Assembly: GCA_965205485.1 (NCBI GenBank)
Contig: OZ242180.1
Coordinates: 3,840,001 to 3,904,000, forward strand
Length of the DNA stretch: 64,000 nucleotides
DNA from: Candidatus Latescibacterota bacterium
Lineage (GTDB): Bacteria > Latescibacterota > UBA2968 > GCA-2709665
Reading direction: 5' to 3'
The position numbers and the translations under genes are program-made. The first letter of the stretch is position 1, and every line of letters begins with the position of its first letter. Positions 9,588 to 20,100 of the stretch are shown in pieces. The notes beneath the pieces are model-generated. The model saw only the letters and a program-made list of their open reading frames with translations, ran no database searches and was not told where the DNA came from.

Positions 9588-11135
9588 ATGCCTGAACAGA
9601 GACCCGTAAATCCCAAGGAACTGCAGAAAGATCTGAAAGAGCTCATCGAGCAGAAGTACGGCGCCCAGGTCGTGTTTCCTCAGGCCGAGGCAGAAGGGAG
9701 CCATGAAGGACCGCGTACGGAGGAAACGCAGGATGAATCCATCGATTTTGACCTGAAACCGGAAGAGCTGGAAGCCTTTCTCGACGAGTACGTGATCAAA
9801 CAGGACGAGGCGAAAGAAGTGCTCGCCACCAAGATCTGCACCCATTTCAACCGGATGAAGCTGGATCGCGAAGACCCGGAATTCGAACATCGTTCCGTGG
9901 GAAACATCAAGAACAACATTCTGCTGATCGGCCCGACCGGAGTGGGCAAGACCTATCTGATAAAGCTGATCGCACATCGAATCGGTGTTCCCTTTGTCAA
10001 GGGCGACGCGACGAAGTTCAGCGAAACAGGATACGTTGGCGGCGACGTCGAAGACCTGGTACGCGAATTGGTTCGCGAGGCCGGCGGCAGCATCGAAAGG
10101 GCCCAATACGGCATTATCTACGTGGATGAAATCGACAAGATCGCTTCAACCCCCAACCTGGTGGGTCCGGACGTCTCGCGAAGCGGCGTACAGCGCAACC
10201 TGCTCAAGCTGATGGAAGAAACCGAGGTGGACCTCAAAGCCCCTCACGATCTGGCATCACAGATGGAATCCATGATGCAGTATCAGCAAAGCGGCAAGAT
10301 GGAGCGCAAGAAAATCAACACACGAAACATCCTATTCATCGTCAGCGGTGCGTTCAACGGGTTCGAGGATCTGATCAAACGCCGTCTGAATCGGAACAGT
10401 CTGGGGTTCAAGGCCGAAACGGAGCGGTCGCAGAACCAGGAAGCCGTCCGTGTCTCTTACCTGAAGCAGGCGATTACGGAAGACCTCATCGCTTTCGGTT
10501 TCGAGTCGGAATTCGTGGGGCGCCTGCCGGTCGTGGCCGTACTCGAACCGCTTTCCGTCGAGGACTTGTATCAGATTCTGAAGAGCCCGACCAGCTCGGT
10601 CATTCTTGGAAAGAAGCGGGACTTCCTGGCCTACGGGATCGAATTGAACTTCGAGGACGCGGCATTGCGCCGGCTTGCGGAGCACGCGTCCACTGAGCAG
10701 ACGGGCGCGCGAGCGCTGGTCAGCGTCTGTGAGCGGGCGCTGCTGAAATTCGAGAAGGCCCTTCCGTCCACCGATATCCGTTCGTTTACGGTCACAGCCG
10801 ACGTTGTGGAAGATCCAACGCTGCAGTTGCAGCAGCTGCTCGTCCACCGGGATATCTCGTCCTATACGAGGCGCTTTCTGGATGCATACGGAATTGTCCT
10901 GACGTTTTCGGATGCGGCAAAGACGGTTCTGGCCGATACCGCGGCCCGTGACCGCGTGTCGATCGAAGCGCTGTGTCAGACGTTGTTCGACGATTACGGT
11001 CACGGTCTGAAGCTTGTGGGCAAGTCAGAGTACACGATCGACAAAGACGCGGCGGAACATGCGAAAGTGCATCTGGATCGGATGGTTAAAGCGTTTTACG
11101 GGACCATTGGAGAAAAGTCCGTGCGCGCCAAGTGA
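9588..11135 (+). CDS. clpX: Atypical ClpX-family AAA+ ATPase (no N-terminal zinc-binding domain, duplicated C-terminal small domain)
   Basis: NILLIGPTGVGKT, pore-1 loop ETGYVGGDVE, Walker B IIYVDEIDK, IGF-like loop SLGF, EFVGRLP, TGARAL. Confidence 0.75.
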   Translation: MPEQRPVNPKELQKDLKELIEQKYGAQVVFPQAEAEGSHEGPRTEETQDESIDFDLKPEELEAFLDEYVIKQDEAKEVLATKICTHFNRMKLDREDPEFEHRSVGNIKNNILLIGPTGVGKTYLIKLIAHRIGVPFVKGDATKFSETGYVGGDVEDLVRELVREAGGSIERAQYGIIYVDEIDKIASTPNLVGPDVSRSGVQRNLLKLMEETEVDLKAPHDLASQMESMMQYQQSGKMERKKINTRNILFIVSGAFNGFEDLIKRRLNRNSLGFKAETERSQNQEAVRVSYLKQAITEDLIAFGFESEFVGRLPVVAVLEPLSVEDLYQILKSPTSSVILGKKRDFLAYGIELNFEDAALRRLAEHASTEQTGARALVSVCERALLKFEKALPSTDIRSFTVTADVVEDPTLQLQQLLVHRDISSYTRRFLDAYGIVLTFSDAAKTVLADTAARDRVSIEALCQTLFDDYGHGLKLVGKSEYTIDKDAAEHAKVHLDRMVKAFYGTIGEKSVRAK

Positions 11136-11137
11136 CG

Positions 11138-12064
11138 TCAGGTTCCGTTCGTGAGCGCCAGCCTGACGACGCCGCCGTTTTTCAGGAGCAGTTGACGGGC
11201 CGTCTCCTTCGAGACGGCCCGTTTCGACATCACAATCGCCGTCTTGAGATCGCCGGCCGCAGCGAGCAACTTCCGGCTTTCTTCCAGGGAAAGCCCCGTC
11301 GTTTCCATCAGAATCCGCCGGGCGCGGTCGTTCAGCTTTGCGCAGGTGGGTGTCAGGTCAACCATCAGATTGCCGTAGACCTTGCCCAGCCTGACCATGG
11401 CTGCCGTCGTGATCATATTCAGAACGACTTTGGTCGCGGTGCCGGCCTTCAGGCGCGTGGAACCGGTGATGGCTTCAGGGCCGACTTCCGGCACAATCTT
11501 GACATTCGCGTCCACCTGTCCCGCCGCTTCCGGATTGCACGTGAAGAAAACGGTCTCCGCGCCCGCGCGAAGCGCGTATTCAAGCGCGCCCAGCACAAAC
11601 GGCGTGACGCCGCTGGCCGCAATGCCCATCACGACGTCCCGCTCCGACAGATTCCTGCGCCGAAGTTCGGACGCACCGTCTTCCGGCCGGTCCTCGGCGC
11701 GTTCCGCAGCCTGGAGAAGCGCGTCCGGGCCGCCCGCGATAATCCCCTGAACCGTCCCGGGCGGGGTTCCGAACGTGGGCGGGCACTCAGCGGCGTCCAG
11801 GACTCCGAGCCGGCCGCTGGTACCGGCACCGACATAGAAGAGCCGGCCGCCGTTCCCTATCGCCGCAACCACCAGTTCCACCGCCTCCGCAACCCGCGGA
11901 AGTATGGCTTTCACCGCCCGCGGGACCTTGTTGTCTTCTTCATTGAGGATTTCGAGAATCCGCAGCGTGGAAGCCTCGTCGATTTGCGCGCTGGCCGGAT
12001 TCCGTTGTTCGGTTGGCAGAGGTGCCCATTTTGACGGGCTCGCATCGGATATCGTCCTATTCAT
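11138..12064 (-). CDS. murQ: N-acetylmuramic acid 6-phosphate etherase
   Basis: TEQRNP, GAGTSGRLGVLDAAECPPTF, GPEAITGSTRLKAGTATK, GKVYGNLMVD. Confidence 0.96.
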   Translation of the reverse strand: MNRTISDASPSKWAPLPTEQRNPASAQIDEASTLRILEILNEEDNKVPRAVKAILPRVAEAVELVVAAIGNGGRLFYVGAGTSGRLGVLDAAECPPTFGTPPGTVQGIIAGGPDALLQAAERAEDRPEDGASELRRRNLSERDVVMGIAASGVTPFVLGALEYALRAGAETVFFTCNPEAAGQVDANVKIVPEVGPEAITGSTRLKAGTATKVVLNMITTAAMVRLGKVYGNLMVDLTPTCAKLNDRARRILMETTGLSLEESRKLLAAAGDLKTAIVMSKRAVSKETARQLLLKNGGVVRLALTNGT

Positions 12065-14819
12065 CGTCTTCCTCCGCCTGGCTGCGCAGTTGTTGCAGGG
12101 TCTTGCGAAGGCGTTCAACGGCTTCTCCGTAGCCCGCGAAGTCACCCATTCGAAGCTTTGACTGCGCCGTGTCGAACTGCGTGAGCGCGGTCTGGCTGAG
12201 TCTACGAAAACCCGTCGATGCCGGCAGCGGGGGGTGCGGCGGACCCGGATCGGATCCACGCGCTTCGAGAGCCAGGTTCAGCGCCCGTTCAAGGTCCTCG
12301 GCCATCGCAAGCCGATCGCCGTGCGCCACGAGGACCCGTTTCAGCTCCGGCATGCCGCTCTGGGTGGCTCTCAGGTAAAGGGGTTCAACGTAGATGAAGC
12401 TGTCTTCTATCGGCACGACAAGCAGGTTGCCGCGCAGCACGTCGGAACCCCTCTGGCTCCAGAGGGTTATCTCCCGTGAGACATCGGTATCCTGATCGAT
12501 ACGGCGTTCGATCAACATCGGACCGTAGACGAGTTTCTTCTTGGGCAGCTTGTACACCATGAGCCGGCCGTAGTTGGGACCGTCGCATCTGGCGAGAAGC
12601 CACGCGATCATGTTGGCTTTTCCGGCGGGTGTGGCCGGTAGCATCAATACGAATTCCTCCCGGTCCGCGTCCGGCAGTTTCACGATGATGTAGTACGGCG
12701 CCATGACCCGCGGACGTTCCGAAACGCCATAGATCTCAGTGGCCGCTTCCCAGACATCTTCGCGGTTGTAGAATACCTGGGGTGAGGCCATGTGGTACGT
12801 GTTGTAGAGAGAAGCCTGGATTTTAAACAGGTCTGCCGGGTACCTGACGTGGGCGCGCAGGGCCTCCGGCATGTCCTCCCTGGGACGATAGAGATCCGGG
12901 AAGATTTCCATATAGGACCGTACGAGCGGATCGTCCGGGTCCCATACGTAAAACGTGACTGTCCCGTCATAGGCGTCGAGGGTGGCCTTGACGGCATTTC
13001 GGATGTAATTGGCTTCCCGTACGTACGGCCGTCCGGAGGGCTCCGCGTAGGGGTACATGTTGCTTTCGGTATAGGCGTCCTGTATCCAGACAAGCCGTCC
13101 GTTCACCGTGACGAGATAGGGGTCTTCGTCGAAGCGCAGATACGGCGCCAGCTTCTGAAACCGCCTGGGTCCTTCGTCCCTGAACCGACGGCCGATGTGC
13201 CGGTCGAATTGAATCCGGCTTTCGGGCTTCAGGTTCTGCGTAACCAGCAGGTACGGGTCGGCGAAGCGCAGTGCGAAAAGGAGCCGGCGAAGGAATGAAT
13301 TGACGGGCACCCCGCCGGTACCGCTGTAGGTCGTGTAGGCGTTGTCGTCGCCGCGAGGGTAGTCGAATTCCTCTGTCCTGGTGTTCACAATCACGTAGTC
13401 TTGCATGGCTTCGCCAAAATAGATCTCGGGGCGGTCCACCCGGATGTCCACCGACGCGCTCGGCGGGATGTCTTTGACATAGAACTCCGGAAGACCCTCT
13501 TCGCCGATTTGGTTCGCCGGGCTCATGCAGAAGCCGTAACCATGGGTGTAGACCAGGTGGCGGTTGACCCAGGTTTCGCCCTGGGTCGCCATCTGTTCCC
13601 GCGAGAATTCCCGGGCGGCCACCATCACCTGCTGGTATTCGCCATTGATTGAATACCTGTCCACGTCGATACTTCCGAAACGGTAATAGGACCGGATTTC
13701 CTGGAGCTGGCTGTATGTCGCAATCAGGGGCCGGCGGTCCCACAGCGGGATGCTGCGGATGGTGGGCAGATTGTTGCGGATATCCTGGAAATCCAGATCG
13801 GAATCCGCCGGAAAAGGGACCTCTTCGATTCGATCCAGGCCATACGCTCGCTGCGTGTGTTCTATGGTCCTCCGAATGTAGGGTTCTTCCAGTCTCAGCT
13901 CATCGGGCTTGACCACGAACTGTTCAAAGAGAATCGGAAACAGCCAGCTGAGCAGCAGAATGGCCGAGACATAAGCTGTGCCGCCGCCGGCGACGGGCCA
14001 CCACTTCTTTCCGCGCAGGTTGTATACCAGCAATGCGCCGAGAAGGATGGAGAGGACCATCATCAGACGATAGACGTATACCTGTACATGGACATCGGTA
14101 TATCCTGCGCCGAAGAAGGCGTCCTTGCGAAAGGAATAGAGGATTTCGTATTCCTTGAGCCAGTACCACCAGGCAAAGATGAACGCGAGAATCGCGGCCA
14201 GCGCGGAAAGGTGGGCCCGGACGTGTGGGGTGGATGACCAGCCTCGTTCCGCCTTGCGCAGCGCCCGGTCCTGATGATAGGAGAAACTGACGAGGACGAT
14301 GTTTAGAATAACGGCGAAGGCCAACCAGCCCTGCACGAAGTTGTAGGCGGGAAGCTTGAAGAAGTAAAAGCTGAGGTCGTTGGCGAAGACGGGGTCGGAG
14401 ATCCCGAACGGGACAGGATAGAAATAGCGCAGCAGCGGCATCCAGGCGGCGGCGCCGACCAGTCCGGTTGCTGCGGTCAAGAGCGTGATTGCGGCTATCC
14501 AGAGGATCAACTCGCGCTTGCGCCGTTCCGGCAGTACCGGCTCAGCGTCGGCAACGAGGACCTCGAGCGGCATCTCGCGGGTAAGCCGGCCGTATTTGCG
14601 CGCAATGCGGAGGTTGACCGCCGTGATGACCGCAAACGTGGTTGCAAAGGAAAAAAATGAAAGAAGCCGGGCGAGGGCAGTGGTGACGAGAACGGACCCG
14701 TATCCCAGGTTCTGAAACCACAGCCAGTCGGTATAGAAGTACACACACAGGCGCAGGCACGTATATCCAAGAAGCAATCCGGCCAGTGGGAGAAGAAACT
14801 TGAGCGCTCGTTTTGACAT
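12057..14819 (-). CDS. UPF0182 family membrane protein
   Basis: YTDWLWFQNLGY, DPVFANDLSFYFFKLP, GAGYTDVH, WVNRHLVYTHGYG, NYIRNAVKATLDAYDG, GNLLVVPI, YVEPLYL. Confidence 0.93.
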   Translation of the reverse strand: MSKRALKFLLPLAGLLLGYTCLRLCVYFYTDWLWFQNLGYGSVLVTTALARLLSFFSFATTFAVITAVNLRIARKYGRLTREMPLEVLVADAEPVLPERRKRELILWIAAITLLTAATGLVGAAAWMPLLRYFYPVPFGISDPVFANDLSFYFFKLPAYNFVQGWLAFAVILNIVLVSFSYHQDRALRKAERGWSSTPHVRAHLSALAAILAFIFAWWYWLKEYEILYSFRKDAFFGAGYTDVHVQVYVYRLMMVLSILLGALLVYNLRGKKWWPVAGGGTAYVSAILLLSWLFPILFEQFVVKPDELRLEEPYIRRTIEHTQRAYGLDRIEEVPFPADSDLDFQDIRNNLPTIRSIPLWDRRPLIATYSQLQEIRSYYRFGSIDVDRYSINGEYQQVMVAAREFSREQMATQGETWVNRHLVYTHGYGFCMSPANQIGEEGLPEFYVKDIPPSASVDIRVDRPEIYFGEAMQDYVIVNTRTEEFDYPRGDDNAYTTYSGTGGVPVNSFLRRLLFALRFADPYLLVTQNLKPESRIQFDRHIGRRFRDEGPRRFQKLAPYLRFDEDPYLVTVNGRLVWIQDAYTESNMYPYAEPSGRPYVREANYIRNAVKATLDAYDGTVTFYVWDPDDPLVRSYMEIFPDLYRPREDMPEALRAHVRYPADLFKIQASLYNTYHMASPQVFYNREDVWEAATEIYGVSERPRVMAPYYIIVKLPDADREEFVLMLPATPAGKANMIAWLLARCDGPNYGRLMVYKLPKKKLVYGPMLIERRIDQDTDVSREITLWSQRGSDVLRGNLLVVPIEDSFIYVEPLYLRATQSGMPELKRVLVAHGDRLAMAEDLERALNLALEARGSDPGPPHPPLPASTGFRRLSQTALTQFDTAQSKLRMGDFAGYGEAVERLRKTLQQLRSQAEEDDE

Positions 14820-14937
14820 TGTGCGGCTTTGTGTTTTCGTTAAGGCGATGACATTCTCTAACTTATGGAATATAAGCAGGATAAATAACCCTAACAAGCG
14901 GATTTTCCCGAAAACCGCCGCCGACACTGGAAAACCC

Positions 14938-14965
14938 TTGACAATTTTCGCAGGGATGATATCAT
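14938..14965 (+). promoter_or_regulatory. Putative sigma70 promoter with extended -10, upstream of the KamA-family gene
   Basis: TTGACA-16 nt-TATCAT, with TGn immediately before the -10. Confidence 0.6.
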
Positions 14966-15145
14966 ATCTTGCTTTGAATGGTTCCGGATTCGTCCGGCAC
15001 GCCCGGCGGAGCGATACCCGTGGCGTGGCGCCCCGCTGTCCGCGACGGCTGGCGCCCCGCGTAAATTGCGGCACCGCGGGATAGGACAATTCGCGGGGAT
15101 GAATTTGGAAACTCAACACCCCCGTTCACAGAGATAGGGTCGGGT

Positions 15146-16513
15146 ATGGATACCGCAGGTGTCGATGTCGCCCATGCCGGTATGACTGGCGTGGCGGAAT
15201 ACGAGGCGGCATTCGCACATCGCCGTTTGCGCAGGGATGCGTTCTGGAGGACGATTCCGGCGTACGCGGATGTGGACGCGGATACATTCCACTCGCATCT
15301 TTTCCAGGCACGCAATTCACCAACCAGCCTGGAGGGTCTGCGGGAAGTGCTTGGCGGGCTCGTCGGGCCGGACTTTTACGAAGATCTCCGCGAAGGGTTG
15401 AGCCGGGCGCCGATGAGCATTCGGATTTCGCCGTATATCCTCAGCCTGATCGACTGGGACGATCCGTACGGAGATCCGCTGCGTACCCAGTTCCTGCCTC
15501 TGGCCTCGCAGCAACTTCCGGATCACCCTGAGCTCTACCTGGATTCGTTGAATGAACAGGGCGATTCTCCCGTGCCGGGACTGACGCACCGGTATCCCGA
15601 CAGGGCGCTCTTTCTGACGCTGGACACCTGTCCGGTCTACTGCCGATTCTGCACGCGCAGCTATGCCGTGGGGCTCGATACGGATGGGGTGGAAAAAGTC
15701 AGATTGAGCGCCAACAGGAAACGCTGGTCTCTGGTCTTCGACTATCTGAGGTCGCGCCCCGAGGTGGAAGACGTTGTGGTCAGCGGAGGTGACGTATACA
15801 ATCTCAGGGCGGCGCAGATCCGGGAGGTTGGCGAGACCCTGTTGGACATTCCGCATATACGCCGGTTTCGTTTTGCAACCAAGGGTCCCGCGGTCATGCC
15901 GGGGAAGATCCTGAGCGACCGGGAGTGGGTGGATGCGCTCGTGGATGTGGTGAACCGGGGACGCAGGATGCACAAGGAAGTGGTGATGCATACCCACTTC
16001 AACCATCCAGGCGAAATAACCGGCGTGACGCAGGATGCGATGGAACTGCTGATGGAGCGGGGGGTTACGGTACGGAATCAGGCGGTGCTTCAGCGCGGCG
16101 TAAACGACGACCCGCTCACGATGCGGATACTCGTGAAACGGCTGAGTTACCTGAATATTCAGCCGTACTACGTGTTTTTCCACGATCTGGTGCAGGGGGT
16201 CGAGGATCTGCGCACAACGCTGCGCGCCGGTCTCGAAATCGAGAAGTCGCTGCGGGGCGCGACGGCCGGGTTCAATACGCCAACGTTCATTGTGGACACA
16301 TTGGGCGGCGGCGGCAAACGCGACGGGCATTCCTACGAACACTACGATGAAGAAACGGGAATCGCGGTGTTTGCAAGTCCCACCGTGCGGCCGGGGGAGC
16401 ATTTCCTGTATTTTGATCCGATCGACTGTCTGGCGCCCGAAATCCGGCGGCGCTGGGGGGATTCCGAAGAAAGACAGTCGATGATGGAAGAAGCGCTCGC
16501 GCGTGCCGGTTAG
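15146..16513 (+). CDS. KamA-family radical SAM/PLP 2,3-aminomutase (lysine/arginine type)
   Basis: GLTHRYPDRAL, CPVYCRFCTR (CX3CX2C), VVSGGD, HTHFNHP, NQAVLQRGVND, PLP-lysine motif GGGGK. Start is uncertain. Confidence 0.9.
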   Translation: MDTAGVDVAHAGMTGVAEYEAAFAHRRLRRDAFWRTIPAYADVDADTFHSHLFQARNSPTSLEGLREVLGGLVGPDFYEDLREGLSRAPMSIRISPYILSLIDWDDPYGDPLRTQFLPLASQQLPDHPELYLDSLNEQGDSPVPGLTHRYPDRALFLTLDTCPVYCRFCTRSYAVGLDTDGVEKVRLSANRKRWSLVFDYLRSRPEVEDVVVSGGDVYNLRAAQIREVGETLLDIPHIRRFRFATKGPAVMPGKILSDREWVDALVDVVNRGRRMHKEVVMHTHFNHPGEITGVTQDAMELLMERGVTVRNQAVLQRGVNDDPLTMRILVKRLSYLNIQPYYVFFHDLVQGVEDLRTTLRAGLEIEKSLRGATAGFNTPTFIVDTLGGGGKRDGHSYEHYDEETGIAVFASPTVRPGEHFLYFDPIDCLAPEIRRRWGDSEERQSMMEEALARAG

Positions 16514-16523
16514 TTCGGCGGGA

Positions 16524-17198
16524 TCAGGATTCGTATTGGACGGGGTCGGGGATACCTGACGCCTTGAAGGCATTCAGACGGAGGATGCAGCTGTCGCAGC
16601 GACCGCAGGCGCGGTCGCTGTTTTTGTAGCACGACCAGGTGAGGTGAAGCGGAGCGCCCAGTTCCACGCCAAGCCGGACGATCTGGTGCTTCCTGAGGTG
16701 GATGACCGGCGTGAGGACTCTGATGCGGGATTCCGGGCGCGTGCCCGTATCGACCGCGCGGGCGAACGCGTCACAGAACGCCTGTGTACAGTCGGGATAA
16801 CCGGAACTGTCTTCTTCGACGGCGCCCAGATACACACTCGATGCGCCGACGGATTCGGCCCAGCAAACCCCCAGGCTGAGAAAGAGTGCATTTCGGAAGG
16901 GCACATACGTGACGGGAACGTCATTCCGATCGGATCCGGCGTCGGGAACGGGGACGTTTCGGTCCGTCAGCGCAGACCCGCCCACCCGACGGAGTGCGTC
17001 GGTTTTGGCGGCCAGGCGACGCGTCGCCGGTACGCCGTAGTGGTCGGCGATGTCGTGGAACGCCTTGCGTTCGCGGGCGTTTGTCCGGTGGCCGTAGTCG
17101 AGGAAAAGGAGAGCGAGGTCGGAATTCCGGCGGGCGACGGCGGCGGTGACGCAGCTGTCCAACCCGCCGCTGAGCAGCACGACGGCGAGTTGTTTCAC
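16524..17198 (-). CDS. queC: 7-cyano-7-deazaguanine synthase
   Basis: VLLSGGLDS, TYVPFRNA, GYPDC, TWSCY, CGRCDSC. GTG start overlaps the RND stop (GTGA). Confidence 0.95.
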   Translation of the reverse strand: MKQLAVVLLSGGLDSCVTAAVARRNSDLALLFLDYGHRTNARERKAFHDIADHYGVPATRRLAAKTDALRRVGGSALTDRNVPVPDAGSDRNDVPVTYVPFRNALFLSLGVCWAESVGASSVYLGAVEEDSSGYPDCTQAFCDAFARAVDTGTRPESRIRVLTPVIHLRKHQIVRLGVELGAPLHLTWSCYKNSDRACGRCDSCILRLNAFKASGIPDPVQYES

Positions 17199-20100
17199 GC
17201 GCCTCTCACGGTCGCGACCGTCCGCTTCATGTACGACGCCAGATCGTCCATGAGCGAGTACACGGTAGGCAGGATGACCAGCGTAAGAAGGGTCGAGACC
17301 ATCAGTCCCGAGATCACGACGAAACCGATCGGGCCCCATCGGCGCGCGGTACCTTCAGCCGTGCCGTAGATCATCGGCAATACCAGGGGCGTGAGGCCCA
17401 GGATCGTCGTGGTCGCGGTCATCAGAATGGGACGCAACCGGTCCTGCCCGCCGCGGATGATGGCGTCACGGCGGTAGAGGCCCTGCTTGCGATAGCGGTT
17501 GATGTGGTCTACCAGGACGATGCCGTTGTTCACCACGATGCCGAAGAGTATCAGCAGACCGTAGGTCGCATTGCTGTCCATGGGGATATTGAAGGCATAC
17601 AGCGCGAACGAGACGCCAATGAACGCGAAACAGATTGAAAACATAATCGTAAACGGGTGCGCGTAGGACTCGAAGAGAGCGGCCATGATCATATACACGA
17701 GAAGCGCGGCGAAGATCATGGTAAGATTGGTTTCTCCCTGTTCCTGATTCATCCAGCGGAAGCGCCGGTCCATCTGCCACGAGTACCCGGGCGGTAGCGG
17801 TATGGCGCGCATCCGCATGCTCATTTCACGTCCAACGGAAAACACGGCCTGCTGTTCCGTATTGGCGAATACGGTCAATGTGGACATCCGGTTTTCGCGC
17901 TCGAGCGCCTGAGGACCCTTGCGGACGCGGAAGTCGGCCAGGCTGGCGAACGAGACCATATTCCCCGTTTCACTCTCGAAGTAGGTGTTCCTGAGCTGTT
18001 CCAGGGTGGCCCGGTCCTCTTCCTTGAGCTGTACGGCAATGTCGATTTCCCCGTTCTCGGTCTTGAACTTGCTGTTGCCCCGGGTTCCCAGCGCGCTGGC
18101 AACCGTGGTCGCCACCTGCCAGGGCGTCAGCCCGTAACGCCTGGCGCGGCGCCGGTTGATGATGACCTGGATCTCCTCGTTACCGGACTCCAGGCTGGTT
18201 TCCACTTCGTGAACCCCGCGGATGCCCTGCAGTCGCAGCCGGATATCCTCCGCCAGCATCGCAAGTACATCCGGGTTTCGGCCCTTGATTTCAACGCCTG
18301 CGCCGGTGGAACTGCTACCCCACGTTCTCCCGGACTTGAACCTCACGCCAGGTATATCCCTGGGTAACAGATTCTTGACTTTGCGTTTGACCTCGTCGGT
18401 GGAAAGACGGCTTTCGTCGGGCGGTACCAGATAGAGCGTGATGCGATTGCTCCGTCTGTCGCTGTACCGGCTGCTCATGGCCGCGATGTCCAGGTTGTCT
18501 TTTTGTGGCAGCAGGATGCCCTCGATCCGTTCGAAGAGCGCCAGCGCGTCCTGGATGTCGTAGCTTCGCGGCAGTTCGACCGAGATATCGACCCGGCGCG
18601 TCGGCTGCCAGCGATAGGGCTGCTGTTCAATCTGCGTGAAGAAGTAATAGCCGGCGCCGAGAAGCCCGCAGGCGATCGAGACGGTCGTCCATCGGTAACG
18701 AAGCGTGTTGACCACCAGACGGGAATACAGATACCTGATGCCACGGGTCTTTCGGGAAAAATAGAACAGACTGCCGACAACTCCCAGCAGCACGAACAAC
18801 AACAGCCACGCCACGGCCGGTATTGCCGCCAGGCCTGCCAGCATACTGTCTGAGCCTTCCCGGAGCCACGAGGCGGTTTCACGCAGACCCTCGGCGTAGA
18901 CCACGTAGCCGCATAGCCCCAGAAACAGAATTGCGAACGCGAACTTCAGCCAGCGGTCCAGACGGGAAGCGCTCTCGTTGAATGCCCTGGATGCCGCCAG
19001 CGGGATCAGGGAAAGCGCCACGCAGAAGGACGCACCGACTGAAATACAGACCGTTAGCGCGAAATCCCTCATAAACAATGCGCTCCGTGAATCGGTCACG
19101 AAGATGATGGGTACGAAGACGCAGACGGTGGTCAGCGAGGCTGCGAGAACGGGAATGCCGATTTCCCGACTGCCCTCCAGTGCCGCGTTCCAGGTCGTCT
19201 GGCCCTCGTCGTACCTTTTTCTGAAGATATTCTCCAGTGCGACGACGGCGGGGTCGACGAGCATGCCGATCGCGACCATCAAGCCCATCATTGACATGAG
19301 GTTGAGTGTGATATTGGATCCGAAGACCTGCCGGAGGATGTACATCACCATGAAGACGGTGATGGCCGAAATCGGGATCGCCGATCCGATAATGAGCGTG
19401 CTGCGGAAATTCCTGAGAAAAACGAAAATGACGATGATGGCGAGGAAACCGCCCATCATCGCCGACTGGGTGAGGCTATGAATGCCGGTGGTAACGTCCA
19501 GCGACCGGTCGCGGATCGGCTGCGCCCGAAGCTTTTCAACACCGATGTCATTTCGGATACGCTCGAATTCCGCCTTGACCCGGTCCGCGGTGGCCACCAG
19601 GTTGGCCGAGGAGGATTTGCGGATGTCTATCGTCACGGCATTCCGGCCGTCGAGGCGTTCGAAGTCCTCTTCCACCGGAAAATCGTAAGTGACGTCCGCA
19701 ACGTCACCCACTTCGACGCCCGTGCGCAGCGGAAGACGCCGGATCTGGTCTACGTTCTCGAATTCACCGATGGTCCGCGCGGCCAGGCGTTTCTCGGCTT
19801 CGTTGACGTAGCCCGCCGAGACGTTAACGTTGTTTGAGCTGATCGCTCTGTTCAGCGCGCGTATGTCCAGATTGTGTGTGTGCAACAGGTTCTGGTCGAC
19901 TTCAATCAGCAGGTCTTTTTCCCGCAGGCCACGTACCTCAACGCTGCCAACCCCTTCCAGCCGCTGCAGGCGCGGCAGAATGGTGTATTCATAAACGCTC
20001 GCCAGTTCGGACTGATCCTGCCCCTGCCAGCTCAGCGCGTAAGTCAGCACCGGGAAATCTTCGGTATTCCACCGGCGAATCGTGATGCGCTCCACGTCGT

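Noticed and set aside
16524..17198. queC as part of a QatABCD or dpd DNA-modification system
   Set aside because: Canonical-length housekeeping QueC with no qat or dpd neighbours.
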